In this document: positions 50,831-64,000 of the stretch, in pieces
How the letters are laid out: the number at the start of each line of letters is the position of its first letter
Numbering within the stretch: position 1 is the stretch's first letter
Assembly: GCA_951406725.2 (NCBI GenBank)
Contig: OX597819.1
Location: forward strand, 84,692,001 to 84,756,000
Source: Octopus vulgaris
Lineage: Eukaryota
DNA length: 64,000 bases
Direction: 5' to 3'
The notes under the pieces: generated by a model
What the model was told of the DNA's origin: nothing
The model's input: only the letters and a program-made list of their open reading frames with translations
The model's database searches: none
Program-made: the position numbers and the translations under genes

Positions 50831-53670
50831 ATTTTGTAACTGTGGTAGGTTGTATCTGCAGAATGCATATTCTACAACAGTTAAGTTATTCAGAACTTAA
50901 CGCTGACTAATATTTCTTTAGGTCAAGCAGCTTCAGATATATTTCATTCCTATATTCATATCAGTAAAGCATAGATTTCACCTTACTTGGGTAAGTAGTG
51001 ATGAAGGTATCACTATGTCTTTCTTCCTACAACATCAGATTGACTTTCCCGACATGCAACAAATCAAGGAACTATATACTGTGCACTTGTACAAAAGTGG
51101 TTTCCTGTTGCTTTCCTTTTTTTTCTTTTTTAGACACCATCTTGTCAGCTAGATATAAAGAAGTTTGCTTATACTTGTATGTGCACTCAGAACAGAACCA
51201 AATGAAAACAATTACCACAAGGCATTTTGGTCGACACTATCAATTCTGTCAATCTGCTGCTCAGGACCAAAACTTTTAATTTATCTATCTCAAAAAGATG
51301 AGAAGCAAAATTGACCTCAGCAGGATTCAAGCTCAAAATGCAAAGAGCTAGAATGAAATACTACAAAGCTTCTTGCCTGATGCTCAAACAAATCTGCTAA
51401 ATTTCTGCTTGTAGTACAAAGTAAACATACAATAATGTAGGCTAGTTGAAATAGAAAAAATTGGAATGATTTACCGCAAAGAATTCCTCAGATGCCATTG
51501 ACAGTGTAGTTATTGCTACTATATTTTGAGATAGGGTTATTAAAAAGCTAAGAAATAATTAGGTAGTGAGAAAAGGTAACAATAGTTATTAATTAATGCT
51601 ATTTTAATCACATGTTTTATATAATATAATCCTCACTTCATACATGATCCCCAAGAAGTATTAGTTGAAAACGGGTTCGCCATATAGTAGCTATTAATTA
51701 CTGGGAATGGTCATTTTGAGAACAATTTCTAAACATGGATTTTGTAACCTACTACTGGCATTAAATTTTCTGCGAACAAGCTAAATAGTTGTTAACTCAA
51801 GTTTTTTTTAACTGATTATGGAAGCAGCATGGGCTACTGGTTAAAAAGTTTGCTTCATAATCATGAAGTCACAGGTTTGAGAGAGTTCTGTACCATGGCC
51901 TCAGGTCAATGTAGACCTTGATTAAAATTCAGTAAAATCTGCCAGATAAATGGCACCTGTAATTTGAAGGTGAGCCTTGTTGCAGTGAACCCACCTGAGA
52001 ATTATGTTCAAAGTGAACATGTCAGTAGAATGTTCAACCACTTATAAGCTAATTACCCAACTCCTCTACAACACACACACACACTAACCCAGGAGTGATA
52101 ATGAAATGCTTCAGTTAACTCATGGATCTAAACCAAATATGTCCAACTTATAATCAATAAATACAATTTCTGTTGTAACAAATCAACTACCTTCATAAAT
52201 AAGAATTTTTTTTTTCTGCAGTGGCATAATAATATTTCTATTTGTAAAATTTTATTTACAAGAATGTAGAATTTTTATCAAATCCATATTGAAAGTAGGT
52301 AAAAACAATTTGTGGATGAATTTAAAAAATGGAATCTAATGAACTATCTAGTTTAACAAGCAACAACAGTTTCTGACAAATCCCAACTCTATTCAATAAT
52401 GGAATAATAATTCTTTACCTTTAAAAAGTGTAAATGTTGAGTAACAACAACTGGTAAATTGCTAAAATCTTTTAGAAAAGAACTTAATATCCAAGTCTGA
52501 GAATAACTTACATTTAACTTAAAATGCTAGAATCTTCAGAACAAGATCATGACTTTTCTACATCTCAGTACAGGTAGCTTTAAATATATATTTGAGTAGT
52601 TAACAATAGAAAGGATCACCAGAAGTTGTGTAGTTTTCTGAGTGAACTAATCTAGAATATACTATAATCTCCAGTAGAACTATTCATTTCACTTTACTAA
52701 TTCTTTGAACCAGTGAAAATAAGAGTTGAAAGACCAATGAGTGATAAGCTTCATCAAGCTCAATTGCCACTGAACACTGCATGAAGATAAAAACTTAAGT
52801 AGATATCTAGTGGGATCCAACAATAATTACAAAAATTTCTAATTTCACACTTGCAAACTCCTAATCCAATTTGAGTTTTTAATCATAAAAAATATGTAAA
52901 AAAAAACAACTTTTAATTAAAAAATATGTAAAAAAAACTTCTTTAATTAAAAAAAATACAAGGGGGAAAAATGATAGTTTCTAATACATAATAACTTAAC
53001 ACAGGGAGTCTCAACCAAAAATTAAATATTTGCTATATTACCTAAAACTTTTATTGGAATTTTATAAAGTGTTAGATTATGAAGTCATATCAGATTAATT
53101 TAGAATTGACACAAAAAACAATTACTTTTCTTTTCAAAAAAATTAGTAAATTTTTAAATGCTTTGTAGCAATATATTTCTGGATGATTTTTCATTTAATA
53201 TAGAAGTATCTACAAAAATATTTTTTAAAAAGTATTTATTTTAGAAAGTTTTGGTTTATAAATAATTTAGGATATGTGCTAAGATTTCAGAATCTATATT
53301 ACAAAAGATAAAAAACTTCCTCGGGAAAGAACGAGTCTGATCTTCTAACATTGTAATAAGTTAGACTTTTATGTTTTTAAAAAAAATTACAGCTGCATTT
53401 CCCCCTATCTTTACAATAATATAAAATAAAACATATTTTTCCAATAAGAAGTACTACCAGTGATAAGTAACAATTCCATTTATCTAGACTTTACTGAGAT
53501 TTGTTTTTTAACAGACATTAATAGCACAATTATTATGATCATTAGTTTAACATCTACTTTGCAATGGAAACAAAACGAACATATTTACATCTGAAATTAC
53601 TTATGTATTTTCAAGGTTTGAGTAATCAATTTTATCCCAAATCAGTTTTTGCTTGCCTATGTTTTTATTA

Positions 53671-54027
53671 CAGGCATACCTCAACTTATGTTGGTAATTG
53701 GTGCCAAGACATGTGACTTAACTTGAAAAACAACGTAACATACAAAAACCTTTTAAAAAAATTTATTAGCCTACATCTGTTTTAATAAATGATTTATACA
53801 TATTTTCACATGTATTTTATTTGATTTCCCACTCCAGTTTTTGTTTTTAGATGTTATTTATTTTTGAGATTTTAAAAAATGTTTATGCTTTAAAATGTGG
53901 TTGGTGAGACTGATGTAAAGTTTGATAAAGTGACTGAAGTCAAGGTTTATTTTTTCCATTAATTTCTTTTAAAAAAAACAACAAAATTGAAAGAGACATG
54001 AAAGAGACATAAGTTGAGGAACACCTG
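53671..54027. mobile_element. Tigger-like MITE with TA TSD
   Basis: TA|CAGGCATACCTCAACTTATG ... CATAAGTTGAGGAACACCTG|TA. Confidence 0.75.
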
Positions 54028-54556
54028 TACTTTTATTATGTATAATTGATAAACTACAGCACTTGTCAATCATAATACATTGTCCATGAAATATTAATTA
54101 GGCAAGCTAGTACTTTTCAAAATCTGAAGTAACCATAAACAAGTAACCAAACCTTTTCAGATCCAGCTCCCTACTAACTGCACTCATAGGAAAACTTATA
54201 GTCAATACTACAAGCAAGCAAATCACTCAATTTGATAGTGTTATTGCTGCCAACAATAGTAAGATAAATCTTAAAACTATCCTGCATTATTTGAGCCTAA
54301 TTTTCTAATAAGAAAATATGTTGGACACCGACGTGTGTGAAAAATTCCTAAACTATTTCACTGCCTCTGAGACAAAAAATCACATAACAGAATACATCAC
54401 ACGATGCCAGATTAAACAAGACACAGACTATTGGGTGACTTTCTTTGCTGGACCCACTGTAATCTAGACTAGACTGAATAAGAGTAATCTCACAATAACA
54501 CTGAGAAAGGTAACAAACATCGACTGTTTCTGGCAGTGATGAGTTTATAACTTCCC

Positions 54557-55524
54557 TTTATGTCAGCAACCTGCAGCCTACGAGCTCCTCCCGTGCAGCC
54601 CATGGCACCTTGTCCAGATTTCCATTAGGCGTGGTCCACAAGACATTTCCCGCAACCCAGTGGGGTTTTTAGAACTGACAGCAAATTTAACAGAACTAAT
54701 CAGTGGCCGTCTTCTCCCCAGACAGAACAATGTCCTACTTTCATGATACTGACACTGAATAAACGTAACTTTGGAGAAGAATTCTGATAGAGTTAGAGAG
54801 AAAGAGGAAATCGTCCTTTTGCCCGATACTGTAGTATAGTATCACTGTATGATAAGTTATTTTTCGCCTGTAAGAGCATCAGTTCAACCAGAGGAAATTT
54901 ACTCACTTTGCCCGCTTGGCTGAGCTGTGCCTGACCCCTGCTGTCACTACGCTACTGCCCTGTCTGAGCTGGGAGGCGAGTTCAAGAGGTGCTTCAAAGA
55001 TGTGTGCGCCTGTGAGAAGGAGCTCAAGTTATTCTCCATTCCCTTTGATGTGGATTCTGTGGAAGTGGCCAACAACCTTTAGCTGGAGTTCATTGAGCTC
55101 CAGTGCTCAGAGAGTTGGTGCTTGCTCTCAGCCTTCCATACTTTCCCAGCTCTTGTTTGGGAGCCCCTGCACCTAGCTTCATTGTTCAGGTCCACACAAT
55201 CTTGCAAGCAGCTGTTCAGCCACATGAAGCTGATGAAGAACAAGACGAGAGCACAGCTTACAGACGCTCATCTTCAAGACGTTCTCCTCCTGGCCTCCTC
55301 ATCCATCAAACCGGACATTGACTCTCTATCTGTTTCAAAGAATCACCAGCCTTCACATTAATTATTTCACATTCTGATTACTGCAAGTCTTAAGAAAGGT
55401 TCAATTTACATTTATTATCATTGATTTTTGTGTGCTTGTTATTTTTTGGGGTTGGGAGGGGAGGGGTGGCCCGCAAGGTGGCTTAGACATGGCCCAGTGG
55501 CCTGGTTTAGGTTGCTGACGCCTA
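54557..55524 (+). mobile_element. Internally deleted hAT element (GTF2IRD2/SPIN-like transposase C-terminus)
   Basis: TIR core GTCAGCAACCT (54562) / AGGTTGCTGAC (55509-55519); LKLFSIPFDVD..LEFIELQC and SLFRSTQSCKQLFSHMKLMKNKTRAQLTDAHLQDVL..PDID...HQPSH* (hATC dimerization region). Confidence 0.82.
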
Positions 55525-55917
55525 CATTATATCTATCAACAGTTATAGATAATATCATACTGCCTGGTAAGACTTGAAGTATTAGAGAAAATATATTATT
55601 AATCATAAAGTTTATTATAAACTAAAAATATGTTCCAGGAATATATTTGTGAACGATTATAAATTGCTTGGTTACTTAGCGAATACATACATACACACAC
55701 ACACTTATATATATATATATATATATTGACAGTGGTTTCTAAGTTTTGCCAGATTTGTGGCTTCAAAGTGTCAGTTATAGCAATGAGTTAGGAAGTACAA
55801 TGCCAGTATTTTATTTTTTAATGACTACAGAGAGCAAAGTAGTGTAAGTTATATAATACATCAAAGATACAAGTGTGAACTTGATTCTAGAGAACACAAT
55901 ATGAAATTTTCTCTCTC

Positions 55918-55948
<31 letters not shown>

Positions 55949-58900
55949 TCCCCCTTAAGCATATCCTTGCTAAAGTAACTCTCTTTCAAGCTTTGCATTA
56001 ACCACACAAGTCATGTATATTTCACCCAAATCTTCTAATTCACAACGCCTCTCTGGGTTTCAGGTAATGATTTTCTTTCCCAATAAATAAATAAATAATG
56101 TTTTTGTAAAAAAAAAAAAAAAAAAGAAAGAAAATAAATTATTAATCTTGCATAAAATCTCTGAAATGGAATAATAGAATGATTACAAAGTATTATGCAA
56201 ATGTAATGGATGAAAGAAATAAGTCTAAAAGCAATTAAATACATTGATCAGTTAATATTGAATAGTCAGATTCAAATGAAATACAGACTTACAGAAGACA
56301 TACAAGACTCACAATTTGAAGCTTTGGTAAGTTACTAACATTCAAGTAAACACTTTTTTTTAAAGAACCCAGCATAGAAAGACGAGATAAATTTAAGACC
56401 ACGGATCAAAGCAGAAGGAAGATAGATGTATTTGGCAAATTATCTCTTCTTTTGTGATAAGTCTTACAGAAAAAAATTGTTGGTTTGAATCAGGATAGAG
56501 TATGAAAAAATTTTAGATACTAAGTAAAATACTCAAAAATTTAGTAGATCACATGTTTGGAGGATATATGTAAATCATTTTTATTTTTAATTAAACCAAT
56601 TTTCTTTTAAAAAATTAAAAACTCCAACCTAAGTCACTATCTATCACCAAATTTTCTACAATTCTCCTTAATGTTGAGTTTCAGTTAGTAAATCTTGATA
56701 AATTTTACTAGTTTCATGAAATGGAACTTGGAAAAAAAATTTATTACATATAACCATATGTCCCCGACCCTCAAAAAAAAAACCAAACAAAAACAAATAT
56801 ATAATAAGCATACTTCTCGTCATCAATGATGTGACTGAAAAGAAATGATTTAGAATCTTTTTTGTTTTGTTTTTTGCTTTTATAAAACTAGCATTTTTTC
56901 AGTGTAGAAGCATATTTTTTCAATATTTCTATATGAAAAATGGATAGTATAACCAAATTCAAAAAAGTATATAAACATTGTATAGATTAAAAGTTTTAAA
57001 TATCCATAAAAAAAAAAAAGGACTAAATGATTTTGCCACTATTTTTAAACATAAAATTGGAATATTATATAGTTAAGCAAAAATCATGAAAGATAAATAA
57101 ATAAATAAAACAGCGAAGTAACAAATGATATGTTACAAAAATGTACATCAAATATCTGGGAAAATTAATTTGCTAAATACTTTTAACAGTTATTTTATTG
57201 CTGGGTGGGAACATTTAAATATAAAATACACTACATTTCAATTACATTATTTAGCATAACAGATCAATATCTTATATTGCAATAAAATATACATTTTAAC
57301 TTATACAAATATATTTAGATACTCTCCTTAAATGGAATTGCTAAAGAAGAGTTAAAATAATGTTCTTAGTTCTTGTGATCCTTTAATAGGAAATACATAG
57401 CAAGAATGTCTATATTTATTCTTAAAGTAAAAATTTCTTGACAAAATATGTTAACGAAATTAAGACAAATAAAAATAAATAAAATAAAAAAGTAAATGTT
57501 TACATTGTTCAAGTTTTTGTCTTCAGTAAAACATTAGAATGTATATCATATACACAAACACACACACAAATACAAATTGAAAATACATTTAAACAAAAAA
57601 AAAATCACTATATGAAAATCATACGCTATCAATAAAGCTCGCCACTAATATGTGAAACTACTAAAATAATTCTGACACTCATTGGAATACATTTTGCCTA
57701 ATGTTAATTATTGCAAATACCTGTATGCATGTAAGTGTGTGTGTGTGTGTGTGTGAGATATACTGTGGGGCACTTTTTATATGAAGTACATAGAAACAAA
57801 AAAGCCTTGATGTGCAAATGAATTTCAGAAATCTATATCTACCAATGTAGCAGTGGTATCTTGTGGGCTAAGATATATCAAGGCTATTTTCCACATTGAA
57901 TATCGTTATCTCTATTAACTGATGATAAAATATAACAATAAAAGAATACTTCCAAATTTATGTTTCCAGTATATTCTACCTCAACTATTTAGCTCATTCT
58001 CACAGTCCCAAGATTTGCAAAGAATTATCAGTTCACAAATGTTTTATTTTACTATACAGCTAAGGTGATCACTGACTTTTAAGTAAATAATTCCTGCAAT
58101 TAGACACTAGTAGCAAGAATCTTAAGAGTAAAAGTTTTAAAACTTTTGCCTGAGTATCACATGACACACAGGACCTGTTTCTTTGCCATTTATGCATCAA
58201 ATATGATACACATTCTTAATTTTGTTTTTCAACAACCTACATAACATGGGACTTATGAAAGAAAAAGTTATATTATCAGAATGTATGAAACAAGGACTAA
58301 CTAAAAAGGTTGAAAACAACCATGGACACTTAGGATAAAGTTATGAAAAAGCTTTGGATTAAAATTTCAGTTTTCAAAAACTTCTATACTCTGTATTTTA
58401 TTAGTTTCAGAAAATAAATATTTTCTAATTTATTATCAATGTGAAAACAACTGACACAGGATAATTTATTCACTAAGCTTGATATAATCAAATAGTTCGC
58501 AAGTAACATATGGAATCAGGTACCACTGTTTTTAGGAAGTATTAAACAAAAATTGCTTTTATTGTCTAACATTTTATATTTCAATAAATTTACAACATGT
58601 TTATGATGAAATTAACCATTTAAATCTACAAAATAAGAGAGTTATAGAAAAAAAAAACATCTAAGTAATTAAGTATTGCTCTTTCATATTTGTTCTTAAT
58701 CTTTAAGACAAAGCCAGACAAATGTTCTGAACTGTAGTTTCAACTATTAAAATTAAAGTTATCTTAAAATGCATGTGAAATTTGCATTGACAAATTATAT
58801 AAACACTTCCTAAAACTTGCAGAGTGAATAAATTACCTTTAGTTCTCTAAAGCAATCAGTTAATATCTAAGGAATTGGTTTAAAGTTATGAAAATTTTAA

Positions 58901-59142
58901 ATGTTATACAGACACTGCAAAGAATGGATTTGTACGTAAAAAGAAAAGAGGAGGGGATTAAAAAAAACATAAATTTAGTAAATACTCTTTTGGAAAAAAT
59001 TCAATCATTTATTTAATCATCAGCTTCATTTGAAGAGAATTTCTTACAATTAATCATATTGAAATAATTTCTACTAAAATATTCAGAGGTGCACTTGTCT
59101 GGCAAGTGATATGACCTGAGGCCATAACGTTCAAAGTAAAAC

Positions 59143-59315
59143 AATTACACCATGAAAGGCATTAACCATTCAAAAACACACAAAAACTTTGCTTAAGCAT
59201 CTATATTATTTGGTAAAAAAATTTTCTCTGCACCATCTGCAACAAAAATTTTGGCACCTAATAAATGTTTAAGTGAAGTTTTTGAATGGCTAATGTGTCT
59301 TCCATGCTGTAATTG
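59143..59315. repeat. Old short fold-back element
   Basis: aattacaccatgaaaggcattaaccattcaaaaac / gtttttgaatggctaatgtgtcttccatgctgtaatt. Confidence 0.55.
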
Positions 59316-60835
59316 TCCTACTATAATAATTCCCAAACAAGATTTTTACATAGTGAACATTATAAAGTATCCAATATAAAATATCATAATAAGCTACATC
59401 ATTCTGATATTGTTTCGTTGAACATTGAATATACACAGTAATTTTGCATTAAAAAAACCTTAACTAGTGGTGTTCAATAAATTTAAAATTAAATCACATA
59501 AATATTAATCAACTTTTGATTAACTAATTTTCTTTTTCAAAATAATTCTTATAAATTTATATTTAACTATGAAAAATAAAACAACTGAACCAAAAAAAAA
59601 AGGCATAACACTGTAGAATATGAACCACAACAATAAAATCCTACATTTTTAAGCAGAATTCTGAAAAATACATTATATTTATCAACACTTTGAATAGGAT
59701 AATATACAACACATTTAGAAAATGAATATTACATAGACATTAAAGTTAAGTGACATGCTACCAAAAAAAAAAAAATATTTAAATAATTTGGGATGTAAAA
59801 ATAGTGAAGAAAAACACAGAAAAAAACTACACCAATGACAATTTTTATAAAGCAACAATTATGCAAAAAGAAAAATTAATTTTTTTTTTCCACAAAATAT
59901 ATTTATTTCTTTATGTTAAGACATGCATAAAGCAATTTAGAATTTCAATAATTCAGTATGCATAAGAAAAACATATCTATAGTAGAAAATACATCAGTAC
60001 TATAGTTGTGTATTGTGGATCACATTAAAGAACTTTCATTAAAATGGATTTCTCTGGTGACTGATAAAGAAATGTGCAAATCACAAACACAAATGTAACA
60101 CTATCACAACTGCCCAATGTTTATTCTTAATGATTATCTACAGTCATATATATATATATATATAATTAAAAATATATGTCATAAAACATGGTATGAAGTA
60201 TATGCTCTTAAAGATCATTAGAACATTGTAATAATATACATTTCTATTAAATGCTCTCAGCCAAATAGATGCCTATTGTTATAGAACTGATATTGCTAAT
60301 GATTCATATCAGCTAAAGGTACACTGAAATGAAGATTGCTGTAGAGATAATGACAGAATTAGTAATTTATAAAATCTCAAGTACAAATTTAATAAATACT
60401 AGTTGAGCTCATAGCATTTTCTTAACAGAATCTATTATTTCTGTTCTTAATGATACTAATTTCTAAATTCATGGCTATTCTTTTTTTTAATTTTCTGTAT
60501 GCATAAGATTAAACAAATCTATCAGGTAACATCTGTTGTAAAATGTAAGCAACATAAATATCTGTACACATATATAACTAGAATTAATGTTTTTAATGTT
60601 GAACATGTGTGCTTGTCTACACACACATACATATACATGCACATACACACACGTGTGTATGTGTATATATATGGTTTTCTCTTGTACTATATATATTGTT
60701 TCGTAGAACAAGACTTTATGGAGCTTTTTTTATGAGTACCACCAGATTAGTTGAAATCATATAATGTGACTTGAATTTATACATACATACATATAAATAT
60801 ATATGTATAAATAAATGAATAGAGGAAACCGTGTC

Positions 60836-61189
60836 TTTAATTGATGACTACATCATACATTACCAACAATCATTTCCATTGTGCCAGCATATTTAGATAT
60901 TAAAAAAAAAAAGGTACAAAATACCAGTCAAACCAATATATCCAAAATTTTATGCCAACACAACGTAATCAAGGTCACCGAAAACTGACTAAATTCAAAG
61001 TGAACTGAAATAATGTCGCTAATACATGAACACATACAAAAAGAATGTTAAGAAGAAAAGCCAGTACAATATTTAAACTTATGATGGCATCAGAAGATAA
61101 TGAAAGAGTAAAAAAATAAACAGAATTTCTAAATATGCTAGCACAATAGAAACGATCATTGATAATGTATGGTATAGTCATCAATTAAA
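60836..61189. repeat. 62-bp inverted repeat with 230-bp spacer
   Basis: 60836-60897 vs 61128-61189; ungapped, the differences are transitions. Confidence 0.8.
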
Positions 61190-63188
61190 AATGCAATTTT
61201 CTCCATTCTTTCTCATGTTGTCATATACTCTGGATTTCCTAAAATTCTTTTAAGCAATATTTGGATTTGCTTGTCATATATAAGAAATTACCCTGGATGT
61301 TAATTCTATCTGAAATGAATGGCATTTGACTGTTTGATATTGTCAACCAAATTTGCTTAATACTGAGCATTTCTAGATATCTGCCTGGATTTATTAATTC
61401 CTTTTACCTCCTGGTGTGTGTGTGTGTGTGTACACATATATATACATGGACACATATATAAAAGTATTGCTATTACATACAAACTAAAAGCAAAAGTGGA
61501 AATGATTCTACTTTTGCTTTTGAATTAATTTCGAACAAAATAAGCAGGTCAGTAAAGTGCAACTATTCTTTTTATCTAATGCCTCTTTGAGACATTATGT
61601 CTTCTATACAATGAAATCTTTTTCCTAGTCTAGTCATTCACATCTATGTCCACACCAAGAGAAAAGAATTGGTAATAATGATAGCATGTTATATTTTTAG
61701 CATTATAATATCACTAGTTCTAGCTTTACTAAAACTGTATGAAGATGTCATGAGCAAAAGTGGCAAAAAATATTTCTGCTTCTCTAGCTTTAATCTTTTT
61801 TTTATCAGTGCAACCTGCTTGATGAGTTGTGTCTCATGTAACTTGCTTCTCACAAAAGGTTACTCAACCCTGTTCTATACTATGTACTGAACTCAAATTT
61901 TAACATAGTTTAGTCTTTGATGTATCACATTCTACCATAATAAATGCCAATATCGTTTCAGTTTTAGGATTTGAATTTCTATTCTTTAGAGTTAGTGGGA
62001 GAAAGCTAAAATATTCCGAAAGCATATTTGATCAAACAATAAAGAATTTTAAATCATGAAGGATGTATGAGTGATATGAGGCCACTGAAATATTTTATCT
62101 ATGATCCTGATGATCTTACAAACCAGAAAAAATGTCTTGACACCAATTCCAATAATAATAATACAGAATACCAAGAAATAATTGAATAATGGTTTATACA
62201 GAAATGAAGTGAAACCAATATCATTTCAATATTTATACACTGTTAAAAAATACAAAACAATTTGAAGTTTTTCTTTTTAAATATTACAAATAACTTCAAA
62301 ATATGATATAGTTAAATCATTTTTTTTTTGTTTGCCCAGAACTATTTTGAAACAGAAAAAGTTTATTTTTAAAGTTAAGAAAAGATGAAAGGAACAATGT
62401 GAAATAAAAATGATATATATATATATATTCTGATGTCAAGCTATCATTTTTAACTGATAAATTAATGTGTAGTACATAAGAAGAAAAAAGATAAAAGAGA
62501 AAGTGATGTAGCCAACTAAGGTTTGTAACAACAGACTTTCTTTTTCATAGCTTAATCAAAGGATAAAGATAAGATAAGACCCATTTTAGTATTTCTGAGA
62601 CTGATGAGAGGAAAGGAAGAAGTTCCCAGACAGGAGACCTGCCCTGAATGCTTACAGCAGTAAGCACCCATCTAGGTTATGGTGATAATGGTCTCAAATT
62701 ATAGCATCATTAAAAGCATAATTAAAAAGACTAATTCAATGTATATTGATGCATAACTTGAAGGTGTTTACATATATTGAACTAAAAATTAGTAATATCA
62801 GTGTTATATGAAGAGAAACCTATTTTGATTTTATTAAATATATTTATGAATGCATAAATCAACTTTCAAAAACAGGTATCCACAAATTACTGGAAATGAC
62901 TTTAAACTTTTCAACTTTTTTTGAAAGGTATTTCTAATGAAAACTCATAGAAGAAATCCAGACTTATATTTACTCAATAGTACACACACACATATTTCTC
63001 TTAGGGATTTCAAGACTAATAACCTGGTGTAGATTCAACATATGCTTTTGAACAAAGCAATTGTCAAGTTTAGAAGAGCAGAAATAAAAAAAGAAATGAC
63101 AAAGGAATAAACGATTATCTTAAGAACTTCGTTAGCTAATGAAGTTCATAAGGTAATCCTTTATTCCATTGTCATCTTTTCTTTCATA

Positions 63189-63236
<48 letters not shown>

Positions 63237-64000
63237 TACATACATACATACATACATACACACGCACGATATTTGATTTCTACAGAAAGTGTATCTTTTC
63301 CCTCTTTTAAATATCAATTGTAATGCAGAACAAGAATTTTCTACAGCTGTTCTCTTTTACTCCTTAACATTTTCACAGATATATATCATCTTTTCCTAGT
63401 GTTTTATCTCTCTTCATTAGCATCAAAGTATTCTCTATTGCACTAATTCAAAATAGGATGCACTTCTTCCAACACTCATATCAGTGAATGACCAGATGCC
63501 ACTGATGATTTGAAAAGATTTAGTGTCAAAGGTATCAAAGACTACCTACATCTCCATTATGTCCAACATAATGAGCACATCTTTGTTCCTGAGTGCCATT
63601 ACCTCTCTCTCAGGTATCTCTTTAAACTTCTGCTCTTTTCTGTAGCTCACAGCAGCTTCTTCCCTCTCCCTTTCTTAAAATTTCTTTCTAGATATTGTCT
63701 CATTACCTTGCAGAGAACAGAACACACAAAATGATATTCCATGTTCCTTTTCATAGCCTCCCATTTCTCTAACATTTTCTTTGATTCCCCTGAGAAGATC
63801 TGAAAAACTTGTCACACCATATCCCTCTTGATTTTGGAAGATCTACAGCATGACAGACCACATATTCACTCTAACACTGCTTCTAGAGTGAATAAAAGAT
63901 TATCACTGGGGTGGGGAGCATATTGAAAATAAGGTAATTTAAAAACAGAGTGGAATGAACACTGTGATGACAGAATATGAAAAACCATAAATTCCATTGG

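Noticed and set aside
62598-62640. CTGATGA..GAAA hammerhead-like strings (also 63503-63530)
   Set aside because: No stem II or stem I pairing
63440-63900. Possible old LINE fragment on minus
   Set aside because: Too degenerate to assign a motif with confidence
49188-64000. Upstream exon(s) of the zinc-finger gene, including an MSRRKQ-type NuRD motif
   Set aside because: No convincing phase-2-ending exon recognised by eye; probably beyond the window or too short to spot

Overview
AT-rich, repeat-dense eukaryotic genomic DNA. The SINE families, (TA/CA)n microsatellite load and gene structure suggest an octopus or other coleoid cephalopod (inference). Two host genes lie on the minus strand. 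(1) The first coding exon of MyD88 (death domain, 8588-8951); the rest of the gene lies left of the window. (2) The last four coding exons (48907-49187, 34975-35103, 31211-31338, 29199-29303) of a BCL11/ZNF296-like zinc-finger gene, which I assembled by splice phase. It encodes a C2HC finger and a BCL11-type C2H2 finger, then stops, with no DNA-binding finger array. The rest is a layered transposon record: piggyBac, Helitron, two hAT elements, Chapaev-like, Tigger-like, a Gypsy-type LTR element, CR1-group, RTE, R4-like and HERO-like LINE pieces, three tRNA-SINE families and many MITE/fold-back elements. Several fold-back elements carry decayed minimal type-I hammerhead ribozyme motifs typical of Penelope-like elements. 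Most short ORFs in the supplied track are spurious readings of repeats. Element family names come from recalled motif similarity, not from database searches.
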